A stretch of 64,000 nt of DNA from Mustelus asterias (taxonomy: Eukaryota): positions 682,001 through 746,000 of the forward strand of contig NW_027590141.1 of assembly GCF_964213995.1 (NCBI RefSeq), written 5' to 3'. The notes beneath the pieces are model-generated. The model ran no database searches, had not been told where the DNA came from, and was given only the letters and a program-made list of their open reading frames with translations. Every line of letters starts with the position of its first letter. Within the stretch, counting starts at the first letter, position 1. Positions 12,258 to 24,678 of the stretch are shown here, one piece after another. Position numbers and translations under genes: made by a program.

Positions 12258-13100
12258 TTACTTGTGAACTCGCTGGTGCCTCAGCAGTGTGGATGAACGA
12301 CTGAATCTCTTTCCACACACTGAGCAAGGAAATGGCCTCTCCCCGGTGTGAACTCGCTGGTGTGTCAGCAGGGTGGACGACTGAGTGAATCCCTTCCCAC
12401 ACACTGAGCAGATGAACGGCCTCTCCCCAGTGTGACTCCTTTGGTGATTAAGTAGGTTGGACATCCAAGTGAAGCCTTTGCCACAGAAAAAGCAGGTGAA
12501 GGGCCTCTCCCTGGTGTGAGTGAGTTGGTGCATCAGCAGATCCATCTGGCTTTCAAAGTACTTCTCACAGTCAGGACATTTAAACAGTCTCTTATCAGTA
12601 TGAACAAGTTGGTGTGTCAGTAGGTCGAATGAACGGGTAAATCCCTTCCCACACACGGAGCAGGGGAACAGTCTCTCCCCAGTGTGAGTGCGTTTATGGT
12701 TCAACAGATCATTTTTCCTTTTATAGTTTTTCTCACAGTCAGAGCATTGGAAAGGTCTCTCCTCACTGTGGATTCGATGGTGTGACAGGAGGTGGGATGA
12801 GTTTGTGAAGTCTTTCCCACAGACGGAGCAGGTGAATGGTCTCTCCCCAGTGTGAACACGCCGGTGTCTTAGAAGGTGGGATGATTTAGTGAATCCTTTC
12901 TGACACACAGAGCAAGTGAATGGCCTCTCCCGTGTGACTGCGGTGATGAATATGTCACTCAGATGGGTAATCAAATCCCTTCCCACAGTCTCCACATTTC
13001 CACGGTTTCTCCCCAGTGGGACAGCACTTGTGTTTTGACAGGTTTGATGAGCGACTGAAACCTCGTCCACACACAGAACATGTAAACACCTTCTCCCCAT
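12258..13100 (-). CDS. C2H2 zinc-finger ORF, 8 fingers, entered from a shifted-frame ATG (ancestral ATG 13125 meets a premature stop)
   Basis: 280-aa ORF with 8 intact fingers ending HQRVHK*; ancestral frame reads MESKSTIH...GFDYPSE*. Confidence 0.65.
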   Translation of the reverse strand: MGRRCLHVLCVDEVSVAHQTCQNTSAVPLGRNRGNVETVGRDLITHLSDIFITAVTRERPFTCSVCQKGFTKSSHLLRHRRVHTGERPFTCSVCGKDFTNSSHLLSHHRIHSEERPFQCSDCEKNYKRKNDLLNHKRTHTGERLFPCSVCGKGFTRSFDLLTHQLVHTDKRLFKCPDCEKYFESQMDLLMHQLTHTRERPFTCFFCGKGFTWMSNLLNHQRSHTGERPFICSVCGKGFTQSSTLLTHQRVHTGERPFPCSVCGKRFSRSSTLLRHQRVHK

Positions 13101-13655
13101 TGTGAATGGTGCTTTTTGATTCCATGTTCAGAAGCCGATGATGTTCAGGCCCTGATGAATTGGGTGTCTGTCAGATCCTGATGTGATGTTTGATCTGAGT
13201 TTCCCACCTACAAATCATCCTCTTCTAATATGCTGTAAAATTAATTCAAAAAGGAGAAAAAAACAGTGATAAACACAAAGGTAGGTTGTGAAATTGAGCT
13301 GAATGAATCCGGTAATTTGTGGAGCCGGCACAAGGAAAGAGTGACCACGAAAGCTGCTGGATTGTGATTAAAAACTCAAATGGTTTGTTAATGTCCTTCA
13401 ATTCAGGAAACCTGCCACCCAGTCCAGATCTACACAAGAATTCAACCTTAATGGGAGGAGAAAGATAGAGATGAAACAGGGAGGGAATGAACGGTAAGGA
13501 CTTTATACATCGACAACTGGACAAGAACTTTGACAGAACCTGCCAAACCACAACCTTCACCAACTCAAAGGACGCAGGAAAACTATCACCTCCAAATGTC
13601 GCTTTCAATCTCAAAACAACTTGTAATCCTGAGGTAACCTGTAACCTCCTGCATT

Positions 13656-13852
13656 TAAGGGGCAATTTAGCCTGGCCAATCCACTTAACCTGCACACCTT
13701 TGGGGTGTGGGAGGAAACCGGAGCACCTAAAGGAAACTCATGCAGTCACAAGGAGAACATGCAAACTCCACACAGTCACCCAAAGCTGGAATCGAACCCG
13801 GGTCCCTGGTGCTGTGAAACAGCAGTGTTGACCACTGTGCCACCCTGTGCCA
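13656..13852 (-). mobile_element. HE1-type SINE, 5' half
   Basis: Reverse complement of head and V-domain. Confidence 0.8.
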
Positions 13853-14221
13853 CTGTACTATGTTGCTCAGAAATAAGTTTTAGAATTTTGGCCGAGTGAT
13901 TGTGAAGGCAGAGCAGTAAACTACCAAATCAGAATAGTGTGTGATTCTGAAGAGTAAATGCAGGTAGTGGGGTTTCCATGCACAAACTGCCCTAATCCAT
14001 ATTGGAGAAGAGGTTTGTAGTTTTGGAAGCTGCTGTCAAAGGAGGTTTAGCCAATTGCTGGTAATTCCAGTAATGTCCATGTTCCAGTTATTAATTTGAA
14101 AATTTTCTAAATGAAAATTTAATGAAAATCCCCGACAGAACTACTTTTTCCTTACTTGAAACACAGCTTTAAATGGTCCGTTTGTTTCTAGATTCAGTTC
14201 CATGAGCAACGCCTTCAACTA

Positions 14222-14345
14222 AACAAAATCAAAACACTGCAGCTGCTGGAAATCTGAAATGAAAAGAGAAAACGTTGTAAATACTCATCAGGTTAGACAG
14301 CACCTATAGAGACAGAAATAGAGTTAATGTTTGCAGTCACTGATG
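14222..14345 (-). mobile_element. Degenerate Penelope family B pLTR
   Basis: ctgcagctgctggaaatctgaaat...gacagcacctatagagacagaaatagagttaatgttt. Confidence 0.55.
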
Positions 14346-14719
14346 CTCCTCTAATAAAACACATACCAATAGCTGCTGTTTAATGGGGCCGTGGATCCCA
14401 CAATCCCCTGTGCCCCAGAAACAGCTCTATCCACCACACACATTTCCCATTATGACACTTCTATGTCAAGAGGGCGAGCTGGTTAAAAGTCGTCAAGTTC
14501 CATTTTTGCGTGTTGATGTTCATTAAAGCTACGGATCGACTTCCCCCTCATTATGTATCAATTTCAGATACTTTGGTTGAGAATTTCCATTCCCCTACTT
14601 CCTGGTGGATAATGGATGCCTTGAGCACTTCGATTACAGTACAATTTGATTCCTAATTTTATTAACTGCACCCTAATTTTCACATCGCAGCAGAAAAAGC
14701 TACTGTTCACAAATGAGGA

Positions 14720-15110
14720 GTTTCGATGGCGTGCGTTTTACCCACCATTCCTCGCGGTGGGGAATGTCCCCTATCCACAGTGAAGCAGTGTTTGACGCAT
14801 GCGTAACGTGGACGATGGCAATGGAGAGGGACGTTCCTCTGTCTCATCAACAACCGGTAAGGATGCGGATACATGGAGGGAGGATTGGAACCGGCAGATG
14901 GACGGAGAGGGTTTCTAAATATCTGGTGAAGGTCTCAAACCTCTAATAGTAATCCGCAGGTCCCGTGTTTGCAGCTTCAGGTCTTTTTCCCGGGACGAGG
15001 CGAGGTTAACAGCCGCCATCTTGATTCAGCAGGGAGCGGAGCGCATGCGCTGGTGTCTTGGTGACGCAACAGAGAGTGGGTGGGGCTTAGGCATTTTCTG
15101 TTCCCAACCG
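14720..15110. promoter_or_regulatory. CpG-rich promoter between ZNF 12258(-) and 21370(+)
   Basis: ACGCATGCGT, YY1-like GCCGCCATCTTG near 15012, NRF1-like GCGCATGCGC 15041, GTGACGCAA. Confidence 0.6.
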
Positions 15111-15174
15111 GGTCCTAGTGACCGGAATGCACAGCAATCTGAGCAACAGGTTTTAAACAGCTTCACCCGCTCGC

Positions 15175-17242
15175 AGGCTGCAGCTAATGTTTGCAGCCGA
15201 GAGGAATCCATGGACCATGTACATACTCCAGAAGTTGTTTATTCCTGTTTGGCGCAAGAGTGGTAAGGGAATTGTGGCCAAGCCATGGCTTACAAGGGAA
15301 ATTAGAGATAGTATCAGATTCAAGGAAGAAGCATTCAAATCGGCAAGAAAAAGCAATAGGCCCGAGGATTGGGAGCAGTTTAAAATTCAGCAAAGGAGGA
15401 CCAAGGGATTGATTAAGAAGGGAAAAATGGAGTATGAAAGGATGCAAGCAGGGAACATAAAAACTGACTGTAAAAGTTTCTATTACTATGTAAAGAGAAG
15501 AAGATTGACAAAGACAAATGTTAGAAATGGGAGAATTCATAATGGGGAATAAAGAAATGGCTGAGGAATTAAATTGGTACTTTGCTTCAGTCTTCACAAA
15601 GGAAGACGTGAATAATGTACCAGAAGTGCTGAAAGAAACATGTGTTAGTCAGGGGCTGAAGGAAATCAGCATCAGTTGAGAAGTTTTTGGGGAAATTGAT
15701 GGGATTGAAGGTGGATAAATCTCCAGGTCCAGATAAGCTTCATCCCAGAGTATCTCAGGAAGTGGTCCTGGAAATAGTAGATACATTGGTGGTTATTTTC
15801 CCAAATTCCTTGGAATCGGTAATAGTTCCGACAGATTGGAGGGTAGCTAATGTAAACCCACTATTCAAAAAGGGAGGGAGAGAGAAAACAGGGAACTATA
15901 GACCAGTGAGCCTAACATTGGTATTGGGGAAGTTGCTGGTGTCTATTATCAAGGATTTCACAACTCGGCATTTGGAAGGCAGTGGTATAATCAGACAAAG
16001 ACAGCATGGATTTACAAAAGGGAAATCATGCTTGACGAATCTATTGGAATTTTGTAAGGATGTAAGTAGTAGAGTTGACCGAGGAGAACCAGTGGATGTG
16101 GTTTATTTAGACTTTCAGAAGGCTTTCGACAAGGTCTCACATATGAGACTGCTATGTAAAGTTAAAGGACATGGGATTGCAGGGAATGTCTTGAGATGGA
16201 TAGAAAGCTGGTTCGCAGATAAGAAGTGAAGCATTGGCATAAATGAGTCTTTTTCTGATTGGCAGTCAGTGACTAGTGGGGTTTGGCAGGGATCTGTGCT
16301 AGGACCCCAACTCTTCACATTATATATTAATGATTTGGAAGAGGGAACGGAATGTATTATCTCCAAGTTTGCAGATAATACAAAGTTGAGTGGGAGGGTG
16401 AGCTGTGAGGAGGCTGCAGAGATGCTTTAGCGTGATTTGGACAGGCTGAGTGTGTGGGCGTCAGCATTGCAGATGCAGTACAATGTGGATAAATGTGAGA
16501 TTATCCACTTTGGTAGCAATAATAGGAAGACAGATTATTACTTGAATAGGTGTAAATTGAGGGAGGTATTTACTCAACAAGATGTTTGATTCCTCGTGCA
16601 TCAGTCGCTGAAAGTAAGCGTGCAGGTACAGTAGGCAGTAAAGAAGGCAAATGATATGTAGGCCTTCATAGCAAGAGGATTTGAGTATAGGGATCGGGAT
16701 GTTTTGCTGCAGTTCTATAGGGCGTTGGTGAGGCCACACCTGGAGTATTGTGTACAGTTTTGGTGTCCTTATCTGAGGAAGGATGTCCTTGTTATAGAGG
16801 GAGTGCAGCGAAGGTTTACCAGGCTGATTCCTGGGATGGCAAGTCAGTCATATGAGGAGAAACTAAATCGGTTAAGATTATATTCACTGGAGTTTGGAAG
16901 AGTTGGATCTCATAGAAACTTAAAAATTCTAACAGGGTTCGACAGGGTAGATACAGGAAGAATGTTCCCAATGGTGGGGGGAGTCCAGAACTCGGGGTCA
17001 TAGTTTGAGGATAAGGGGTAAACCTTTTAGAACTGAGGTGAGGAGAAATTTCTTTACCCAGAGGGTGATGAATGTGTGGAATTCACTGCCACAGAATATA
17101 GATCAAGGGATATGGGGGAACGGGAGTGGGGTGGGGGGGGGGGATTAGGATATTGAATTTGATGATCAACCATGACCATAATGAATGGCGGAGCAAGCTC
17201 GAAGGGCTGAATGACCTACCCCCACTTCTAGATTCTATGTTT
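15175..17242 (+). mobile_element. CR1 LINE ORF2 (RT), 5'-truncated and disrupted
   Basis: KSPGPD, NYRPVSLT, QHGF..GKSCLTNLLEF, VYLDFQKAFDKV, LVRPHLEYCVQFW; ttctatgtt tail. Confidence 0.92.
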
Positions 17243-17686
17243 CAGTGTGAAAAGTTGCCTGAAGCGGTGGCAAAATATTTGGTTACATTTCAGCCCCAGG
17301 CTCCTCATGTTTACATAGAAACATACTGGAAAGTAGAAGTGGGGAGGACGCTATTCGGCCCTTCGAGCCTGCTCCGCCGTTCATTATGGTCATGGCTGAT
17401 CATCAAATTCAATATCATAATCCCGCTTCCCCCCCCACCCCCCGTATCCCTTGATCCCCAAGAAATGTATCTAATTCCTTATTGAAATCAGACTCTACTT
17501 CTACTTTTGAGGAAGGGAGTTCCAAAGATTCAAGACTCTCTGAGTGAAAAAAAATCTTCTCATCTCTGTCTTCAATGGGCAACACTTTTTTATGATGTGG
17601 AGATGCCGGCGTTGGACTGGGGTAAGCACAGTAAGAAGTCTCACAACACCAGGTTAAAGTCCAACAGGTTTATTTGGTAGCAAATA

Positions 17687-17723
17687 CCATAAGCTTTCGG
17701 AGCGCTGCTCCTTCGTCAGATGG
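17687..17723 (-). ncRNA. Minimal hammerhead ribozyme (Penelope pLTR)
   Basis: ccat-CTGACGA-a-GGAGC-agc-GCTCC-GAAA-GCT-T-atgg. Confidence 0.7.
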
Positions 17724-18115
17724 AGTGGATATCTGCTCTCAAACAGTGCACAGAGACACAAAATCAAGTTACAGAATACTGATTAGAATGCGAATCCCTA
17801 CAGCTAGCCAGGTCGTAAAGATACAGACAATTTGGGTGGAGGGAGCATTAAGCACAGGTTCAAGAGATGTGTATTGTCTCCAGACAAAACAGCTAGTAAG
17901 ATCAGGAGGCAAGCTGTGGGGGTTACTGATAATGTGACATAAATCCAACATCCCGGTTTAGGCCGTCCTCATGTGTGCGGAACTTGGCTATCAGTTTCTG
18001 CTCAGCGACTCTGCGCTGTCGTGTGTCGTGAAGGCTGCCTTGGAGAACGCTTACCTGAAGATCCGAGGCTGAATGCCCGTGACTGCTGTGCACTGTTTGA
18101 GAGCACATTTCCACT

Positions 18116-18152
18116 CCATCTGACGAAGGAGCAGCGCTCCGAAAGCTTATGG
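18116..18152 (+). ncRNA. Minimal hammerhead ribozyme (Penelope pLTR)
   Basis: Same sequence as 17687-17723, inverted. Confidence 0.7.
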
Positions 18153-18782
18153 TATTTGCTACCAAATAAACCTGTTGGACTTTAACCTGGTGTTGTTACA
18201 ACACTTTTTAAAACAGTGACCCCAAGATTCTCCCATAAGAGTAAACATCCTCTCCACATCCAAGATCTTTCAGGATCTTGAAGGTTTAAATTAAGTTGCC
18301 TCTTACTCTTTTAAAGTCGAGCAGAAGCTAAACTTGAGCAGAGACAGTCTCTGGTGTTATTATATGGGACTGATTTACTTCTGGTCCTGTAATAAATGCA
18401 TTTATTATTTCCAGTCTTGTAATATAGTCCTGTAGCTACGTTATATATTTCCAGTCATAGAGTCATTCCAGCACAGAAGGAGTCCATTGGACAACTCGAG
18501 TCCATACCGACTCTCACAGTAATTTCATAGTTTTTCATGATTTTCACAGTGACTTCATTGCAGTGTTAATGTCAGCATCCTTGTGACACTAATTAATAAA
18601 TTATCAAAACTAAACTATAAACTGTCTGTCGAGCAGTTCTGTCCGTCTGGAGTGGGTCCCATTCTGTAACCCTGCAGCACCCATCCAATCTCATTTAGAA
18701 ATTATTGATCCCCTCGGCTTGACTACCCCCACAGGCAGCAAGTTCAAGATCATCATTAATCACAACCCCCTGTATCTTAACT

Positions 18783-19817
18783 GTGGAGGGGTCTTTCTCT
18801 GCATGGAGGTCAGTGACCAGTGGAGTGCCCCAGGGATCTGTTCTGGGACCCTTGCTGTTTGTCATTTTCATAAATGACCTGGATGAGGAAGTGGAGGGAT
18901 GGGTTGGTCAGTTTGCTGACGACACCAAGGTAGGTGGTGTTGTGGATAGTTTGGAGGGATGTCAGAAGTTGCAGCGAGACATAGATAGAATGCAAGACTG
19001 GGCGGAGAAGTGGCAGATGGACTTCAACCCGGATAAGTGTGTGGTGATCCATTTTGACAGATCCAATGGGATGAAGCAGCAGTATAATATGAAGGGTACC
19101 ATTCTTAGCAGTGTAGAGGATCAGAAGGACCTTGGGGTCCGGGTCCATAGGACTCTTAAATCGGCCTCGCAGGTGGAGGATGCGGTCAAGAAGGCGTACG
19201 GCGTACTGGCCTTCATTAATCGAGGGATTGAGTTTAGGAGTCGGGAGATAATGCTGCAGCTTTATAGGACCCTGGTTAGACCCCACTTGGAGTACTGCGC
19301 GCAGTTCTGGTCACCTCATTACAGGAAAGATGTTGAAGCCATTGAAAGGGTGCAGAGGAGATTTACAAGGATGTTGCCTGGATTGGGGGGCATGCCTTAT
19401 GAGGATAGGTTGAGGGAGCTTGGTCTCTTCTCCCTGGAGAGACGAAGGATGAGAGGTGACCTGATAGAGGTTTACAAGATGTTGAGAGGTCTGGATAGGG
19501 TAGACTCTCAGAGGCTATTTCCAAGGGCTGAAATGGTTGCTACGAGAGGACACAGGTTTAAGGTGCTGGGGGGTAGGTACAGAGGAGATGTCAGGGGTAA
19601 GTTTTTCACTCAGAGGGTGGTGGGTGAGTGGAATCGGCTGACGTCGGTGGTGGTGGAGGCAAACTCGTTGGGGTCTTTTAAGAGACTTCTGGATGAGTAC
19701 ATGGGATTTAATGGGATTGAGGGCTATAGATAGGCCTAGAGGTGGGGATGTGATCGGCGCAACTTGTGGGCCGAAGGGCCTGTTTGTGCTGTGGCTTTCT
19801 ATGTTCTATGTTCTATG
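18783..19817 (+). mobile_element. Young 5'-truncated CR1 LINE with uninterrupted RT C-terminal frame
   Basis: 316 open codons including [14 protein letters not shown] and FADDTK; (ttctatg)x3 tail; TSD ttaac. Confidence 0.95.
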
Positions 19818-19864
19818 TTAACCCAACTAGAGCCATCCGATCCATTAAATATATTTTTAGTTCA

Positions 19865-20725
19865 GTCATAGCAGAGATATTTGTATCATCGATAGTCACA
19901 GGTGAGGTGCCTGAAGACTGGAGGGTGGCAAATGTTGTGCCTTTGTTTAAAAAGGGCTGCAGGGAAAAGCCTGGGAACTACAGGCCAGTGAGCCTCACAT
20001 CTGTGGTGGGTAAGTTGTTGGAAGGTATTTTGAGAGACAGGATCTACAGGCATTTCAAGATGCAATGACTGATTAGGGACAGTCAGCATGGCTTTGTGAG
20101 TGGTGAAGAAGGCATTCAGCGTGCTTGATTTCATTGGTCAGAACATTGAATACAGGAGTTGGGATGTCTTGTTGAAGTTGTACAAGACATTGGTAAGGCA
20201 ACACTTGGAATGCTGTGTGCAGTTCTGGTCACCCTATTATAGAAAGGATATTATTAAACTAGAAAGAGTGCAGAAAAGACTTATTAGGATGCTACCGGGA
20301 CTTGATGGATTGAGTTATAAGGAGAGGCTGGATAGACTGGGACTTTTTTGTCTGGAGCGTAGGAGGCTGAGGGGTGACCTTATAGAGGTCTATAAAATAA
20401 TGAGGGGCACAGACAAGGTAGATAGTCAATATCTTTTCCCAAAGTAGGGGAGTCTAAAACTAGAGGGCATAGGTTTAAGGTGAGAAGGGCAATTTTTTCA
20501 TACAGAGAATGGTGAGTGTCTGGAACAAGCTGCCAGAGATAGTAGTAGAGGCGGGTATGATTTTGACTTTTAAAAAGCATTTAGACAGTTACATGGGTAA
20601 GATGGGTTTCGAGGGATATGGGCCAAATGCGGGCAATTGGGACGAGCTTAAGGGTTTAAAAAAAAGGCGGCATGGACAAATTGGGCCGAAGGGCCTGTTT
20701 CCATGCTGTAAACCTCTATGACTCT
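19865..20725 (+). mobile_element. Internally deleted CR1 LINE
   Basis: PEDWRVANVVPLFKKG joined to VKKAF...LERVQKR and 3' UTR. Confidence 0.85.
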
Positions 20726-21369
20726 GTATAGACTGTCTGGCAGCCTGCATGGAGATTTTCAGCTCTCTGTGTCCAGGACAGGAAGCAGTGAGCATGGATC
20801 TGTCAATCAGCCTCAATCAGCACCTTCAGGAGAATTGAAAGGGTGAATATTAGATACAGCAGAGTGAGAATGGAGGGAGAGTGTGTGGGATGGAGATTTA
20901 CAGCTTTTGGGGAATGAGAGAGGAAAGAATGTTCCATAGAAACTAGAATTGTCTGCTCTGAATTTCTATCCTGTACTGACACTGATGACTTTTGTAAACA
21001 CCTTTTACAGGCTATCAGAAGGTGAGGGTTTACAGACAGAAATCTCAAACCAAACATCACGTCAACATCTGACAGAGTCACTCAATTCATCGGGACCTGA
21101 ATATCATCGGCCTTTGAATCTAGAAGGAGAAATGTTTCTCTGCTCTGTCTGCTTCAGGAGATTTTAAACATCAGTGTGACTGGAAAGCACTGAGACATAC
21201 ACACCCGGGTGAGAGTGTTCCAGTGCACTGCGTGTGGAAAACACTTCAGTTGCACAGCCTGAAAAAACATCGCAGCATTCACAGCGGGGAGAGACTGTAC
21301 CCGTGTTCTGTGTGTGGATGAGGTTTCAACTGATTGTCCGACCTGGAGAGTCACAAGGACACCTGCACC

Positions 21370-21960
21370 ATGGAGAAACGGTGGAAATGTGGGGACTGTG
21401 GGAAGGGATTTAGATACCCTTCTCACCTGGAAACCCATCGACGCAGCCACACTGGGGAGAGACCGTTCACCTGTTCTCAGTGTGGGAATGGATTCAGTCG
21501 ATTATCCACTCTGCAGACACACCAGCGAGTTCACAATGAGGAAAGGCCATTCATCTGCTTTCATTGTGGGAAGAGATTCACTCAGTCATCTGCCCTGCAG
21601 ACACACCAGCGAGTTCACAATGAGGAGAGACCATTCATCTGCTCTCAGTGTGGGAAGGGATTCAGTCAGTCATCCAGCCTGCGGACACACCAGCGAGTTC
21701 ACACTAGGGAGAGGCCGTTTATCTGCTCTCAGTGTGGGAATGGGTTCACTCAGTTATCCCATCTGAAGACACACCAACGGTTTCACACTGGGGAGAGGCC
21801 GTTCACCTGCCCTCAGTGCGAGAAGGGATTTGCTCAGTTATCCACTCTTCAGACACACCAGCGAGTTCACACCAAGGAGAGACCGTTCACCTGCTCTCAG
21901 TGTGGGAAAGGATTCACTCAGTTATCCAACCTGCGGAGACACCAGCGAGTTCACATGTGA
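21370..21960 (+). CDS. C2H2 zinc-finger protein, 7 fingers, 196 aa
   Basis: ACCATGG start, [10 protein letters not shown]...HQRVHM*; putative upstream intron from GTGAGC near 20788 to ttttacAG 21010. Confidence 0.85.
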   Translation: MEKRWKCGDCGKGFRYPSHLETHRRSHTGERPFTCSQCGNGFSRLSTLQTHQRVHNEERPFICFHCGKRFTQSSALQTHQRVHNEERPFICSQCGKGFSQSSSLRTHQRVHTRERPFICSQCGNGFTQLSHLKTHQRFHTGERPFTCPQCEKGFAQLSTLQTHQRVHTKERPFTCSQCGKGFTQLSNLRRHQRVHM

Positions 21961-22214
21961 TTCCAGGGGTTGGATTCTGCTGTTATTGTTTCTGCTCTCA
22001 ATTACATCCAGGACTGTATTTTGTTCATTCTCACAGTTGGTCACTGGGGAGAATTGGAGGCTCTCTTTCTGCTGGACTGGCCGGACTCACCACTTTGCCT
22101 CCAGTGGGCTGATAATCTTTTAACCTTGTTGCGAATATCTGGCTTTGGATTTCTCAAGGATCACAGAGTGAAAGGGTGTTGGGAAGTTTAAAGATATTTT
22201 GTTCGCAATTATGT

Positions 22215-23290
22215 TTGGAAGGCTCGCAAAGCATGCAGAGGGAGTAGTGAGCATGAGGAACTGAAAGAGATTAGTATTCGTGAAAAAGTAGCACTGGAGA
22301 AATTAATGGGGTTGGAAGTGAATAAATCCCCAAAAAGCTGCTGATCTACATCCCAGAGTGTTGGAAGAGGTGGCTGTGGAGATAGTGGATACATTGGTGG
22401 TCATCTTTCCAAATTCTATAGATTGTGGAATGGTTGTTGCAGATTGGAAGGTGGTAAATGAAACCCCACTCTTTAAGGAGGGAGAGAGAAAACGGGGAAC
22501 CACAGACCCATCAGCCTGACATCAGCCAGAGGGAAAATGCTCCAATCTATTGTACAGGATGTGATAACAGATGAATATGCATATTCAGAACAGGGGTACG
22601 TCCCTCGAGCCTACTTCACCATTCAATATGTGCACAGCTGATCTGATTGTAACCTCAACTCCACATTCCCGCCGACCCCCCGATAACCTTTCAGCCCCTT
22701 GCTTATTGAGAATCTGTCCAGCTCTGCCTTCAAAAGATTCAGAGACTCTGCGTCCACTGCCCTTTGAGGAAGAGAGTTCCAGATATTCAGACCCTCTGAG
22801 AGGAAGAAGTTCTCCTGTTATTTGTTTTAATCGAGCCGCCTCTTACTCTTCTAAACTCCAGTGGATACAAGCCCAGCCTGTCCAATCAATCCTCATTAGA
22901 CAAACCAGCCATTTCAGGTATTAGTCCAGTAAACCTTCTCTGAGCTGTTTCCAATGTGTTTACATCTTTCCTAAATGAGAGCCATATTGTACACAGTACT
23001 CCAGATGGTTTCACCAATATCCTGTATAATCTCCCTACTTTTTTATTCAATTCCCTTCGCAATAAACAACAACATTCTATTAGCTTTCCCAATTCCCTGC
23101 TGTACCTGTATACCGGCCTTTTGTGATTCAAGCACTGGGACACCCAGATCCCTCTGTAATCTCAGCTCTGCAATCTCACACCATTTAAATGATAAGCTTC
23201 TCTTTTATTCTTCCTGCCAAAATGGATGATTTGACTTTTTGCCACATTATATTCCATTTGGCGGATCTTTGCCCCTGTTTTAACCGATCT
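22215..23290. mobile_element. CR1 fragments (plus about 22215-22570; minus about 22585-23290)
   Basis: Degenerate RT peptides, e.g. RKDVNTLETAQRRFTGLIP. Confidence 0.7.
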
Positions 23291-23304
23291 ATATATTTTT
23301 GTAA

Positions 23305-23736
23305 CCAAAAACAGAAGATGCTGGAAAATCTCAGCAGGTCTGGCAGCATCTGTAAGGAGAGAAAAGAGCTGATGTTTCGAGTCCAGATGACCCTTTGTTA
23401 AAGCTAAAAGGCAGAGAAAGTGGGAGATGTTTATACTGCCGGATGAGGGAATTAGAAATGAATCATAGCCACAGAAACCAGGGGAAAAGACTGCTCATAG
23501 CTGTCCACAGAGAGAATATAGGGTGTGAATGGCCAAAAGCCAGAGAAGCTAAAATGAAGATGTTTGGGATTTGTGGGGCGGGGGGGTGGGGGGTGGGTGG
23601 AATGAATGGGATGAGGTAAGATTTAGCAAAGGGGGAGAAAAGGTAAGGGAAGGGGAATAAAGTAGGGGGAAAGAGTGGGAGGGGGGAAGAAAAATGAAGA
23701 AACACAAAGAAAAAGAAATTAAAAAAATAAAAATAC
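23305..23736 (-). mobile_element. Penelope family B 3' fragment
   Basis: pLTR plus purine-rich stretch; TSD atatttttgta on both sides. Confidence 0.7.
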
Positions 23737-24244
23737 ATATTTTTGTAGTCTCCTTATGTCATCTTCACAACTTTCCTACCTATCTTTATGCCATTAGCAA
23801 ATTTAGCAACCATCCCCTCAGTCCTTTCACCTCAGTCTAAGGGCTAAAAGGGGTCACGAGAAAGCATTGGGCAGCAGGATTAAGGAAAATCCCAAGGCTT
23901 TTTATACATATATAAAGAGCAACAGGGAGAGGGTTGGCCCACTCAAGGACAGGGGAGGGAATCTATGCGTGGAGCCAGAAGAAATGGCGAGGAAATGAGT
24001 ACTTTGCGTCAGTATTCATCAAAGAGAAGGACTTGGTGGATGATGAGTCTGGGAAAGGGTGTGTGAATAGTTTGAGTCATGTTGAGATCAAAAAGGAGGA
24101 GATATTGAGGTTCTTGAGAAACATTAAGGTAGACAAGTCCCCAGGGCCTGATGGGATATACCCCAGAATACTGAGAGAGGCAAGGGAGGAAATTGCTGGA
24201 GCCTTGAGAGAAATCTTTGTATCATCACTGGCTACAGAGGAGGT

Positions 24245-24678
24245 AAACACAGTAAGAAGTCTCTCAACACCAGGTTAAAGTCCAACAGGTTTATTTGGTA
24301 GCAAATGCTACTATTTTTCGGAGCGCTGCCCCTTCGTCAGGTGGACTTGCAAAATCTCACCAGCTGTCCTGTCTGGAGACAATACACATCTCTTTAACCT
24401 GTGCTTAATGCTCTCTCCACTCACATTGTTTGTACCTTTAAGATTTGATGAGCTGTATTAGCATTGATTTGCTTGATTAGCATTCCAATCATTATTCTGT
24501 AAATTGAGTTTGTGTCTCTGTATGCCCTGTTTGTGAGCACATCTCCCACTCCACCTGACGAAGGAGCTGTGCTCCGAAAGCTAATGGCATTTGCTACCAA
24601 ATAAATCTGTTGGACGTTAACCTGGTGTTGTGAGACTTCTTACTGTGTTTACCCCAGTCCAACGCCGGCATCTCCACA
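24245..24678 (+). mobile_element. Penelope family A insertion with inverted pLTR; hammerhead motif at 24551-24587
   Basis: 12-bp TSD tacagaggaggt (24233-24244 and 24679-24690); CTGACGA..GAAAGCTA. Confidence 0.85.

Larger units (their letters stand above)
17592..18198 (-). mobile_element. Penelope-like element family A, 5'-truncated with inverted pLTR; GIY-YIG C-terminus
   Basis: LQVSVLQG...RRVAEQKLIAKFRTHEDGLNRD on minus strand; inverted termini over 100 bp; TSD caacacttttt at 17580 and 18199. Confidence 0.85.

Noticed and set aside
21170-21185. Conserved GTG-TGA-CTGG as a readthrough or selenocysteine site
   Set aside because: Further stops and frameshifts surround it in the paralogs; other copies have TAA or TCA; no SECIS seen.
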